DNA of 61,970 nt, the filler included, from Myxococcota bacterium (GTDB lineage Bacteria; Myxococcota; Myxococcia; Myxococcales; Myxococcaceae), in the NCBI GenBank assembly GCA_049322255.1. It is 4 parts of 4 records of this genome, joined end to end, with 100 filler letters (N's around TTAATTAATTAA, not from the genome) between each part and the next. Parts side by side here need not be neighbours in the genome. Positions count along the whole stretch, not along the records: positions 1 to 15,595 come from JBMORE010000098.1; positions 15,696 to 31,272 come from JBMORE010000099.1; 2 more parts are not named here. One strand, given 5' to 3'. The notes beneath the pieces were generated by a model. It was not told the DNA's origin and searched no databases. It saw only the letters and a list, made by a program, of their open reading frames with translations. The translations under genes and the position numbers were made by a program. Positions 8,516 to 16,699 of the stretch are shown piece by piece; within the stretch, counting starts at the first letter, position 1, and the number at the start of each line of letters is the position of its first letter.

Positions 8516-9747
8516 CAGGGGGCGACGGTCGCCACGTACTTGAACTTGCCGTCCTCGATTTTCAAGACTACCGCCGGCTTCACCGCGTTGCGCTTCTCAT
8601 CGAGGGTGATGGTCCCCGCCACCCCGGGGAACTCCTTGGTGGCGGCGAGCGCATCGCGAACCGCGGGCCCGGAGAGGTCGCCCGCGCGCTTGAGGGCGTC
8701 GATGGACACCTTGGCCGCGTCGTAGCCCAGCGCCGCCAGCGAGTCGGGCACCGTCCCGTACGCATCTTTGTACGCCTTGATGAAGTTCTGCACCCGGGGC
8801 GAGGGGTCCTCCGCCGAGTAGTGGTTGGAGACGTACGCCCCTTCCACCGCGCTGCCGCCCAGCTCGAAGAGCTTCGCCGAGTCCCACCCGTCGCCGCCCA
8901 TCAGAGTGGACTTGAGCCCCAGCTCCTTGGCCTGACGGGCGATGAGCCCCACGTCGTTGTAGTAGCCGGGAATGTAGATGCCGTCCGGCTTCGCCTTCTT
9001 GAGGGTGGTGAGCTGCGCGCGAAAATCGGTGTCGCCCTTGGAGTACGCCTCCACACGCACGACTTTTCCCCCCATCTCGGTGAACTTGCGCTCGAACACC
9101 TCGGTGAGCCCGATGGAGTAGGCGCTCTTCACGTCCTTGAGAATCGCCACCTTGTTGAGCTTCAAAGTCTCACGGGCGAACTTGGCCATCACGAAGCCCT
9201 GGAAGGGGTCGATGAAGCAGACGCGGAAAATGTAGTCGCCCACCTCGGTGACCGCGGGGTTGGTGGAGGAAGGCGTCACCATCGGCACCTTCGCCTCTTG
9301 CGCCTTGGGAGCCATCGCCAGCGAGTTCGACGAGGCCACCTCGCCCAGCACCAGCACCACCTTGTCTTGGGTGATGAGACGGGTGATGGCGCTCGCCGCC
9401 TCCTCCGGCTTGGACTGGTTGTCGTAGACGCGCACCGCCAGCTTCTTGCCCTTCACTCCCCCGGCGGCGTTGGCCTCCTTGATGGCCAAGTCGATGCCGT
9501 CACGGGTGGAGATGCCGAAGGCGGCCTCCGAGCCGGTGAGCGAGCCCACCTCGCCCAGAAGAATGGTGTCGCTCTCCGCGGGAGCCGTCGGCGCACCCGG
9601 TTCACCTGCCGGAGGGGTTGCAGGCTTCGCCGCCGTCGACGGCTCCTGACCCGTGCCCGGCTCGGCACCCTCGGTCGGCATCTTCTTCTCACAGCCCAGG
9701 GCCACCACCGCCATCGCCGCCACAAACCCCAATGAGATCCGGCGCAT
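8515..9747 (-). CDS. livK: Branched-chain amino acid ABC transporter substrate-binding lipoprotein (LivK/LivJ family)
   Basis: Lipobox ALGC after MRRISLG; SLTGSEAAFG, YIFRVCFIDPFQG, MGGDGWD, ALGYDA. Confidence 0.9.
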   Translation of the reverse strand: MRRISLGFVAAMAVVALGCEKKMPTEGAEPGTGQEPSTAAKPATPPAGEPGAPTAPAESDTILLGEVGSLTGSEAAFGISTRDGIDLAIKEANAAGGVKGKKLAVRVYDNQSKPEEAASAITRLITQDKVVLVLGEVASSNSLAMAPKAQEAKVPMVTPSSTNPAVTEVGDYIFRVCFIDPFQGFVMAKFARETLKLNKVAILKDVKSAYSIGLTEVFERKFTEMGGKVVRVEAYSKGDTDFRAQLTTLKKAKPDGIYIPGYYNDVGLIARQAKELGLKSTLMGGDGWDSAKLFELGGSAVEGAYVSNHYSAEDPSPRVQNFIKAYKDAYGTVPDSLAALGYDAAKVSIDALKRAGDLSGPAVRDALAATKEFPGVAGTITLDEKRNAVKPAVVLKIEDGKFKYVATVAP

Positions 9748-9872
9748 GCAAGAACCTCCGTGAACGAGGGGCCCTTGTACGAGCAGCGGCACAGGCGGTC
9801 AAGGGAACACACCCTACGCGGGCGAATGAAAAAAAACCGCCCGGCCGACGGGCGCCAGGCGACGCACGGCGC

Positions 9873-11288
9873 ATGACCATCAAAATTCTCCCACTTCCCT
9901 TATTGCTCCTGGCCGCTTGCGGCGAGGTCGAGCCCTGCCACTGCGACGCGCCTTCCTCTTACGGCCCCATCCCGGTGGCCTGCGGCCAATCGGTCTGCCT
10001 GGACAAGGTGGGCTGGCACTGCGGAGCCTCCCAACGGCTCTCCGCCGACCTCGCCGTCTGCCAGGCCCAAGCCGGCTGCCCAAAGACGACCTGTGCCACG
10101 GCGGGCGCGCAGTGCGGCACTCTTCCCGACGGCTGCGGCGGCACCCTCGACTGCGGCGGCTGCGCCACAGGCAAGTGCGTGGCCAATGCCTGCGTCCCCT
10201 CGTGCGCGAAAGTGAGCTGCGGCGCCGGTCAGCGCTGCGAGGAGGCGACCGGCGCTTGCGTGGCGAACGCATGCTCGGCGGCGGGCGCGGTGTGCGGCTC
10301 GCTGGGAGGCGTCCTGTGCGGCACCTGCCCAACCAGCTCGACCTGCAGCCAAACGCAGAAGGCCTGCGTGGAGAAGCTCGCCACCCTGCCCTTCGCCGAC
10401 TTCGTGGGCAGCTCCACGCTCGCGGGCGAACGCCTCTTCGCCGCCGGCCCGCCCACGACCGGCTCGTCGAATTCGAACGTGGTCGAGCTCACCCTCTCCA
10501 CCGGCCAAGTGCGCACCCTGGCCACCCAGCTGGAGAGCTGTTCACCGCTGTCGGCCAACGGCACCCACCTTTTCTGGGCCACCACCTCGGGGCTCTCCCG
10601 AGTCGCGCTGGGCGGCACCACCATCGAGCCGGTGAGCGGGCTTTTCAGCACCTGCACTTCGCTCCTGGCCAGCTCGCAGCAGGTGTTCTGCGGCCTCGGC
10701 GGAAATGCCAAATACGGCGTGGACGCCTTCGGGGTGCAGTCTGTGCCGGTCAGCGGCGGCAGCGCCCAACAGGTGGTGAGCTTCCTCAACTACCCCAGCC
10801 TGTCCCTGGTGGGCACCTTCCTCTTCCACCTGGGGACTTCCGACAACTACTACTCTTACGCTCACCTGGGAGTGACTGACCTCTCCGACGGCTTTCAGCA
10901 GACGCTGGTGTCCGGAGGCATTCTCGACTCGCACTTCCTCCTCACCGACGCGCAGGCGTACTACTTCGTCCGGGAGGATGGCGCCCAGCAAACGTTGGTG
11001 CGCACCGCCTTCGACGCCGCCCAGGGAACCGACCTCTTCACCGGCGAAGGCCTGCGCTACCAATGCAGCGTCGCCACCGGTACCGAGGTGTGGACCTTCG
11101 CCGACGTCGGCGGCAACCAAGGCCTCTTTCGGGTTCCGGTGAGCGGTGGAACGCCCGAGCGCGTTCTGTCGGCGGCCGACGTGGGCGGAGACCTCTACGA
11201 GGTGACATCACTCCACCGCCGGGGCAACGAGTGGCTGGTCGTCTCCGGCACCGAGGTGTACCGCGTCTTCCGCCCCACCGCCCTGTGA
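9873..11288 (+). CDS. Cys-rich lipoprotein with a C-terminal beta-propeller-like region
   Basis: ATG 9873, lipobox LAAC; myxobacterial Cys repeats (CGTLPDGCGGTLDCGGC); C-terminal repeats such as HLFWATTSGLSRVALGG and GLFRVPVSGGTPERV. Confidence 0.7.
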   Translation: MTIKILPLPLLLLAACGEVEPCHCDAPSSYGPIPVACGQSVCLDKVGWHCGASQRLSADLAVCQAQAGCPKTTCATAGAQCGTLPDGCGGTLDCGGCATGKCVANACVPSCAKVSCGAGQRCEEATGACVANACSAAGAVCGSLGGVLCGTCPTSSTCSQTQKACVEKLATLPFADFVGSSTLAGERLFAAGPPTTGSSNSNVVELTLSTGQVRTLATQLESCSPLSANGTHLFWATTSGLSRVALGGTTIEPVSGLFSTCTSLLASSQQVFCGLGGNAKYGVDAFGVQSVPVSGGSAQQVVSFLNYPSLSLVGTFLFHLGTSDNYYSYAHLGVTDLSDGFQQTLVSGGILDSHFLLTDAQAYYFVREDGAQQTLVRTAFDAAQGTDLFTGEGLRYQCSVATGTEVWTFADVGGNQGLFRVPVSGGTPERVLSAADVGGDLYEVTSLHRRGNEWLVVSGTEVYRVFRPTAL

Positions 11289-11301
11289 AGGCCTGGTCGC
11301 T

Positions 11302-11649
11302 TCAGCCACCGTCCTGGGCGCACACCGGCAGGCAGTTGGAGCTGGTGGCGGACTCGAGCCGAAACCCGGTGCAGGTGCCCGCCGTCCCACCGCCGCCGTC
11401 CGGGCCGGGCCCGCTTCCAGGCGAAGCGGTCCAACTCCCACGCTCGGTCATGCACTGCACACAGAGCGTGCTCAGCCCGGCGGTGGCCGCCACGCAGTCG
11501 CTCACGCACGTGGAGCTGCTGGCGGTGGCGCAGGCTCCCGTCGACGGCGGGCGGCAAGCCGCCTCGCACTTGGTTTGGTTGATGGAGCTGCCGCACGCGA
11601 GAGGAAGGAGCGCGCCGAGAGCGAGAAGGCCGATTCGGAGTCCAAGCAT
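11302..11649 (-). CDS. Small Cys-rich lipoprotein
   Basis: Hydrophobic signal ending PLAC; about 10 further Cys in about 95 aa; Gly-rich DGG linker. Confidence 0.65.
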   Translation of the reverse strand: MLGLRIGLLALGALLPLACGSSINQTKCEAACRPPSTGACATASSSTCVSDCVAATAGLSTLCVQCMTERGSWTASPGSGPGPDGGGGTAGTCTGFRLESATSSNCLPVCAQDGG

Positions 11650-11713
11650 GGCAGGGGCCTATAGCCAAGGGGGCTAATGCTTCGCAACAGGAGGAGGGAT
11701 ATGTTTGGTTTCG

Positions 11714-11905
11714 ATGGCGTGGGAACCCGCCGAGAAGGCGTGGCAGTACGAGCTTCTGGACCGCATGAAGCCCGGGGTGGACCTCGTGCAGCTCGAGCGG
11801 AGTCTGCGCATGACCCCGACCGAGCGGCTCGAGGCTCTACATGGGTTGGCGGAGTTCGCGGAAGAAGTGAGGCGCGGCCGTGACCGACTTCCGAAGGCTC
11901 CTTGA
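11714..11905 (+). CDS. Small helical protein, putative partner (antitoxin-like) of the downstream nucleotidyltransferase
   Basis: MAWEPAEKAWQYELLDRMKPGVDLVQLERSLRMTPTERLEALH; overlaps the next gene by 26 nt. Confidence 0.65.
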   Translation: MAWEPAEKAWQYELLDRMKPGVDLVQLERSLRMTPTERLEALHGLAEFAEEVRRGRDRLPKAP

Positions 11906-12353
11906 CGCGCTCGCATCTGAGCGGGTGGAGTTCGTCGTCATCGGCGGTGTGGCGGTAATCGCCCATGGGTACTCTCGACTGACCGAGGACCTCGACATCT
12001 GCTACCGGCGCACCCGGGAGAACATGGAGCGGCTCGCCCGCGCCCTGGCACCCCTCGAGCCGACACTGCGGGGTGCGCCCCGTGACCTTCCCTTCATTCT
12101 CGACGAGCGCACCCTTCGCGCCGGACTCAACTTCACCCTCGAGAGCAACGCAGGCGACATCGACCTGCTTGGCGAAGTCACCGGGGTGGGGACCTACGAA
12201 ACGGTGATGTCCGACGCCATTGAGCTCGACATTTACGGACACGCGGTGCGGGTCATGTCGCTCGATCGGCTCGAGCTCTCCAAACGCGCTGCGGGTCGCG
12301 CCAAGGATCTGGCAGATCTCGAGGCGATTCGTGAAATCAAGAAGCGCCGGTAG
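11880..12353 (+). CDS. Pol-beta superfamily nucleotidyltransferase (DUF6036-like)
   Basis: FVVIGGVAVIAHGYSRLTEDLDI (GG plus DxD), IDLL third acidic strand, C-terminal KRAAGRAKDLADL. Confidence 0.8.
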   Translation: MTDFRRLLDALASERVEFVVIGGVAVIAHGYSRLTEDLDICYRRTRENMERLARALAPLEPTLRGAPRDLPFILDERTLRAGLNFTLESNAGDIDLLGEVTGVGTYETVMSDAIELDIYGHAVRVMSLDRLELSKRAAGRAKDLADLEAIREIKKRR

Positions 12354-12358
12354 CTCTT

Positions 12359-14176
12359 TTAGAAAAAGTACTTGAAGGAGAGCACCGGGAAGACGCCGAT
12401 GAACTCGGCGTCGCCGACGGGGGCGCCGTAACCCACTGCCACGCCGGCATCGGCCTGCCAGTGGCGCGAGGCGGCTTGGAGGCCCGCCTCGAAGTAGGCG
12501 ACGAAGTCGTAGGTGCTGCGCTGGGCGACCACGGTCTGCTCGAAAGAGATGGTGGTCTGCGGCCCGTCGAGCACGCCCAGGCGAGCGAGCGTCGCGTTGG
12601 CGCCCGCGCCCACGAAAGGGCTCCAGCGCCCATCACGGGGCACGAAGCGCGCGCTTACTCCTCCTCCCAGCACCAGCGGCGAGAGGTGCACTGTCGCCTG
12701 CCACTGCCGGTGGAGGAGATAGCCGAAGCTGATGCTCAACGGCCCGTGCGCGTCGGTGAGAGACAGCCCCACGCCGAAGCGCTGGTAGCGGCGCGGGTAG
12801 TTCCCCTCGAGGTTTTTCTTCGCCAGCTCCTCGGGGCGCTCCTGGTGCAACACCGCCACCGCGGCCACGCGCGGCTTCACCGACGGGTCCTCCTCCAGGC
12901 GAGGGTCGGTACGCAGCGCGGCCTTCATCCACCGCTCGGCTTCCTCGCTTCGGCCGGCAACGCGCGCCCGCTCGGAGAAGGCGAGGTAGGCCTGCGCTTT
13001 TCCCCGGTAGCCCTCCGCGTCGCGCAAGTTGCGCGAGAGCACCTCGTCGAAGGTGCGCAGCGCGTCGTCCGGGCGGTCGTCGCGCAGCTCCTGGAAACCG
13101 CGACGCTTGAGCGGGGCGAGTGGATTCTCCGCGGCCGTCTCCCCCGCTCCCTTGAGCACCCCGTCGGCGAGCGGCTGACCCTTGAAGGAAAGCCGGGCCG
13201 CCTCCACCCGCGCGCCCGCGGCCACGCTGGCTGCCGCCACCAGGTAGCTCTCCGCCTCGAGGCACTTGAGCAGGTAGTCGCCCGCGGGGAGCGCCAGCTG
13301 CGCCCCTGGCCCACCCGGCGGAACCTCGGCGACGAGGCGGCGCTCCGCAAGGTCGGTCACCCAGCAGCGGCGGCTCGTCGGCGCGAAAGCCAGCACCCCT
13401 GAGGAAGGGTTTTCGAGGCGAGTGAGGACGAGCTCTCCACGCCCTTTGAGCTCGTAGCGAAACTCGGGGCGCTGCGGGCCAGCGGGAGTGGCGGCGGTGT
13501 CCAGCGTGGTGCGCGCCGCCGCGTAGGCATACGCCTCCCCCAAGCTCACCCGGCCGTCTCCGTTCTCGTCCGCCGCCCCGCGCAGCCCGCTCACCAGGTG
13601 GTGCGAGAAGAAGGAACCGCGCAGGGCCCGCGCCTCCTGCGACAACTCGTCGGCGCCGGAGGAGGTGAGCAGCGCCACCCCCCGCACCTCGAGCTCCTCT
13701 TGCACCTTCACCTCGAACAGCGCCGTCCGCTGCGCCCCCTTGGCCGCCAAGATGGACCCGGAGCGGCAGGCGTCGAGCACGCCCAGCTTCACTTTCACCG
13801 GCAGGTCGCGCAGTCGACGGTAGAGCTCTTCGAAAGAAAGGGGGGCGCCGCGCAGGTGCAAATGCTTCTGGTCGGCGTGGCCGGAGTAGAAGAACACCAG
13901 CAAACCGACGTCGGCGAGCCCACCCAGCTGGTCGAGCGCTTGGGTGAGCGCCTCAGTGGTGGGGTCTTCCAAGAGCTTCACGTCGGCGGCCGAAAAGCCT
14001 CCCAGCTCGGTGAGGGCCGCAGCGACGCGCTCGGCGTCCTCCAGCGCGTGGCGCAAGGGCCGATCCATCGACCAGCCGGTGTTCGCTCCCACCAGGAGCG
14101 CGACCCTTCGCTCGCCCAGGGTCTCCGGAGCAGCCAAGGCGCAGACGACCAAGCTCAACGCGACGGATCCGCGCAC
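12359..14176 (-). CDS. Caspase-family (peptidase C14) protein with TPR region and C-terminal beta-barrel-like domain
   Basis: RVALLVGAN, catalytic YSGHAD and LDACRSG, SFFSHHLVSGLRGAAD; TPR-like helices; amphipathic strands ending LSFKYFF. Start uncertain (14176 or 14194). Confidence 0.85.
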   Translation of the reverse strand: MRGSVALSLVVCALAAPETLGERRVALLVGANTGWSMDRPLRHALEDAERVAAALTELGGFSAADVKLLEDPTTEALTQALDQLGGLADVGLLVFFYSGHADQKHLHLRGAPLSFEELYRRLRDLPVKVKLGVLDACRSGSILAAKGAQRTALFEVKVQEELEVRGVALLTSSGADELSQEARALRGSFFSHHLVSGLRGAADENGDGRVSLGEAYAYAAARTTLDTAATPAGPQRPEFRYELKGRGELVLTRLENPSSGVLAFAPTSRRCWVTDLAERRLVAEVPPGGPGAQLALPAGDYLLKCLEAESYLVAAASVAAGARVEAARLSFKGQPLADGVLKGAGETAAENPLAPLKRRGFQELRDDRPDDALRTFDEVLSRNLRDAEGYRGKAQAYLAFSERARVAGRSEEAERWMKAALRTDPRLEEDPSVKPRVAAVAVLHQERPEELAKKNLEGNYPRRYQRFGVGLSLTDAHGPLSISFGYLLHRQWQATVHLSPLVLGGGVSARFVPRDGRWSPFVGAGANATLARLGVLDGPQTTISFEQTVVAQRSTYDFVAYFEAGLQAASRHWQADAGVAVGYGAPVGDAEFIGVFPVLSFKYFF

Positions 14177-14283
14177 GGCTTGCGCTTGTACCACCGGCCG
14201 AAAGAAAGTTCCCCCTCCCGCGGCTCCAGGCGACCAACGGCGTCGCGGGCGTCAACGAATGACGCCCAACAACGGAGGAACCG

Positions 14284-15294
14284 ATGAAGACGACTCTTTT
14301 GCCGTGGTTGCTCATCTTGCTGGCGGGGTGCGCCACCTACGTGGACGTGAAGCGCGAGCAGCCAGTGCTCTACAAAGTGAACGCCGAGCATCCCGGGCTG
14401 GGCGTGCTGCACGTGAGCGTGGAAGACGAGGTGCTGGCGCGCGCGCCCAATGACTTCTCCAACATGACTGGCTTGGTGGTGAAGGCCGCCAAGGATTACG
14501 CCGAGCAGCGCGGCGGCTTCCAGGTGGTGGACTACACCTCTTTGGGCTTCACCGCCCCGTGGAAGCGAGGCTACGACCGTGGCAACGAGGCGGTGTTCAC
14601 CCTTTCGTCGCTGGAGGGTGTGCCCGCCGGCACCCAGACGCCGGTGGTGCTGGTGGTGAAGGTGCTCGACTGGCGCACCTTCGTGGAGACGGTGGACAAG
14701 ACGAGCAAGGACGTGGCGCGGGTGAAGCTGCAGCTCTCCACTTGGACCCGCGAAGGCCACCAGGTGCACTCCGAGGTGGTCGAGGCGTTGGCCCGCGCGG
14801 GCGACATGCAGCTGCACCTCAAGGCGGGCAACGCACAGCTGGTGCACTGGTACCAGAAGTCCGACGGGCGGGGGCCGTTCTTTTCCCAGCCCGGCAAGCG
14901 CGACCAGCTGTTCTTGAACGCGTTGCGGGAGGCGGTGGGCGTGCACCTCTACCCGTATTTTCCTCACCAGGTGAACGAGCGGCTGGTGCTCATCGACGAT
15001 GCGCCACTCAAGCCGGGGGTGGAGGCAGCGCAGGCGGGGCGCTACGACGAGGCGCTGCAGAAGTGGGAGGCCATCTACCAAGCCGACCCCAAAGCCCACG
15101 GCGCGCTCTACAACGCCGGGTTGATGCACATGGTGAAAGGCGATGACGCCAGGGCGCTCGAGCTGCTCGCCAGGGCGGCGCAGGTGGAGGACAAGTTCCT
15201 CTACCGTTCGATGCGCGACGTGGTGGGAGACCGCCTGGCGATGCGTAAGGAGATTGGCGCGGCGGGGGTGACCGCGGTGGCGCCGGGGAGTTGA
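14284..15294 (+). CDS. Lipoprotein with C-terminal TPR repeats
   Basis: GGAGG RBS, lipobox LAGC, TPR-like AGRYDEALQKWE..ALYNAGLMHMVKGD. Confidence 0.75.
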   Translation: MKTTLLPWLLILLAGCATYVDVKREQPVLYKVNAEHPGLGVLHVSVEDEVLARAPNDFSNMTGLVVKAAKDYAEQRGGFQVVDYTSLGFTAPWKRGYDRGNEAVFTLSSLEGVPAGTQTPVVLVVKVLDWRTFVETVDKTSKDVARVKLQLSTWTREGHQVHSEVVEALARAGDMQLHLKAGNAQLVHWYQKSDGRGPFFSQPGKRDQLFLNALREAVGVHLYPYFPHQVNERLVLIDDAPLKPGVEAAQAGRYDEALQKWEAIYQADPKAHGALYNAGLMHMVKGDDARALELLARAAQVEDKFLYRSMRDVVGDRLAMRKEIGAAGVTAVAPGS

Positions 15295-15518
15295 AGCGCG
15301 AATGAGCACCTGCCTCACCATCGCTCCCGGCGCCATCGTCGCCACCTCATCGACTTCGAGTCCCAACATGACCATGTCGTACTTCTCGGCCACCCGCCGC
15401 AGCAGTCCTGCACAGTACTGTCGCTCAGTCACTCGCGGAGCGCCCGCTTCCTCCTCTTCGTGGCCCAGATCAGGTGATAGCGACAATCGAAGACGGCGTG
15501 ACTGCTCCGGCGAAACAT
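15295..15518 (-). pseudogene. tnpA: IS200/IS605-family Y1 transposase (tnpA) remnant
   Basis: ATG 15518 gives MFRRSSHAVFDCRYHLIWATKRRKRALRE* (classic TnpA N-terminus); a shifted frame continues ERQYCAGLLRRVAEKYDMVMLGLEVDE; the HUH motif and C-terminal half are absent. Confidence 0.8.
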
Positions 15519-15540
15519 CTCGGCACTCTACGCCGGTTGC

Positions 15541-15575
15541 AGGGGGCCGCCCTCTATCCCTGGGGCAAGCCCCCT
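15541..15575. mobile_element. Probable IS200/IS605 left-end hairpin
   Basis: GGGGC-AA-GCCCC palindrome (15562-15573) just upstream of the tnpA remnant and about 20 bp from the contig end. Confidence 0.45.
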
Positions 15576-15595
15576 CATGATTGATCGGAAGTAGC

Positions 15596-15695
15596 NNNNN
15601 NNNNNNNNNNNNNNNNNNNNNNNNNNNNNNNNNNNNNNNTTAATTAATTAANNNNNNNNNNNNNNNNNNNNNNNNNNNNNNNNNNNNNNNNNNNN
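15596..15695. other. Artificial contig-join spacer
   Basis: N44-TTAATTAATTAA-N44, which has stops in all six frames. Confidence 0.97.
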
Positions 15696-16094
15696 GGGAC
15701 CCCGCCAGGGAGCCACGTCTATCACTACCAGGTGACCGACCCGTCACGGGTTGTACTGGTGGACAACCTGACGGGTTACCCTGCAGATGGCATCACCGAC
15801 AGCGTGGGTAACCTGTCTTCCTCTCATCAGCAGTATCTGGGCACACACGGCTGCGGAGTCGTACGGGTCTTCGACGGTGGTGCCATGCCCGATGGCGGCG
15901 CAATCTCTGATGGCGGAGCAATGCCCGACGGTGGCGCGGGGACCGGCCACACCGGCGATGGTGGCAACGACGGCGACGGAGCGAGCACCTCGGGTTGCGG
16001 CTGCCGAGTCACCGGCCCGAGGAATGGATGGGTTGGGTTCATCCTGTTCGCCATTCTCGTCTGGAGGATTCGCTCCCGCCGCGCTACTTCCTGA
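15696..16094 (+). CDS. C-terminal fragment of a MYXO-CTERM surface protein (5' truncated by contig end)
   Basis: DGG-rich linker, then SGCGCRVTGPRNGWVGFILFAILVWRIRSRR (GCGC, transmembrane helix, Arg tail). Confidence 0.75.
   Translation, partial: GTPPGSHVYHYQVTDPSRVVLVDNLTGYPADGITDSVGNLSSSHQQYLGTHGCGVVRVFDGGAMPDGGAISDGGAMPDGGAGTGHTGDGGNDGDGASTSGCGCRVTGPRNGWVGFILFAILVWRIRSRRATS
15873..15938 (+). repeat. 18-bp coding tandem repeat (about 3.7 units)
   Basis: Encodes DGGAMP-DGGAIS-DGGAMP-DGGA. Confidence 0.8.
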
Positions 16095-16689
16095 TCTCCG
16101 CCCAAAAGAAACCGCGCAGGTCTCCTTCGGAAAAGCCCACCGCCTCGTCCTGTGGGTACGCCTCGCGTAGAAGCCCGCTCAGCGCCGGGGAAAAGCCAGC
16201 CGGGTTTCCGTGGCACTGGGTGCACACCGCGCCCACCGGAATGGGCCGCAAAACGCCCACGCGGTCGCCCAGGTCCACCGCCACCGCGTCCACCTCGGAG
16301 GCCTTCTTCCCCGCCGCCGCCTCCACGAAGGGACGGGCCCAGGCGCGCGGAGCGTTCTTCGGGTTGCGCAGACGGTGGCTGGTGCGGCCCACCTCCAGCT
16401 TTTGCTCGGCGGCCACCTGGGCGGTGAGCGGCTGCGCCACGTCGCGGCACACCTTCACCGCGGCTTGTGGGCCGCCTCGGCCCAGCTCCTCGAGAAGTTG
16501 GGAGACGAGCTTTTGCATCAGCGCCTGCATCGCCGCGTTCGCTCGTTGCACCGGAGCGGTCAGCTCGGGAGGCACGGACTCCAGTGGATAGCTGGGAGGT
16601 GGCTTCGCCGCCGTCGTCGTGTCCGAAGCCGCCTTGGCGCAGGCGCCAGAGGCAAGGAAGAGACCGAGCAGAAAAGAGCGTGCGTTCAT
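16084..16689 (-). CDS. DUF3365 (Tll0287-like) c-type haem lipoprotein
   Basis: ATG 16689 with signal peptide; GRTSHRLRNPKNAP; CTQCH haem motif; YPQDEAVGFSEGDLRGFFW. Confidence 0.8.
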   Translation of the reverse strand: MNARSFLLGLFLASGACAKAASDTTTAAKPPPSYPLESVPPELTAPVQRANAAMQALMQKLVSQLLEELGRGGPQAAVKVCRDVAQPLTAQVAAEQKLEVGRTSHRLRNPKNAPRAWARPFVEAAAGKKASEVDAVAVDLGDRVGVLRPIPVGAVCTQCHGNPAGFSPALSGLLREAYPQDEAVGFSEGDLRGFFWAEIRK

Positions 16690-16699
16690 GAGCGGCTGC

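Noticed and set aside
9873..11288. TraA-like kin-recognition receptor
   Set aside because: Cys repeats are N-terminal on a lipoprotein, there is no MYXO-CTERM and no adjacent TraB/OmpA-like gene.
15640..15651. TTAATTAATTAA palindrome repeated three times in the window
   Set aside because: Always centred in N padding; an assembly linker, not a biological site.
15873..15938. Short direct repeats as a possible CRISPR array
   Set aside because: In-frame 18-bp coding repeats with no spacers and no cas genes; no array was seen anywhere in the window.
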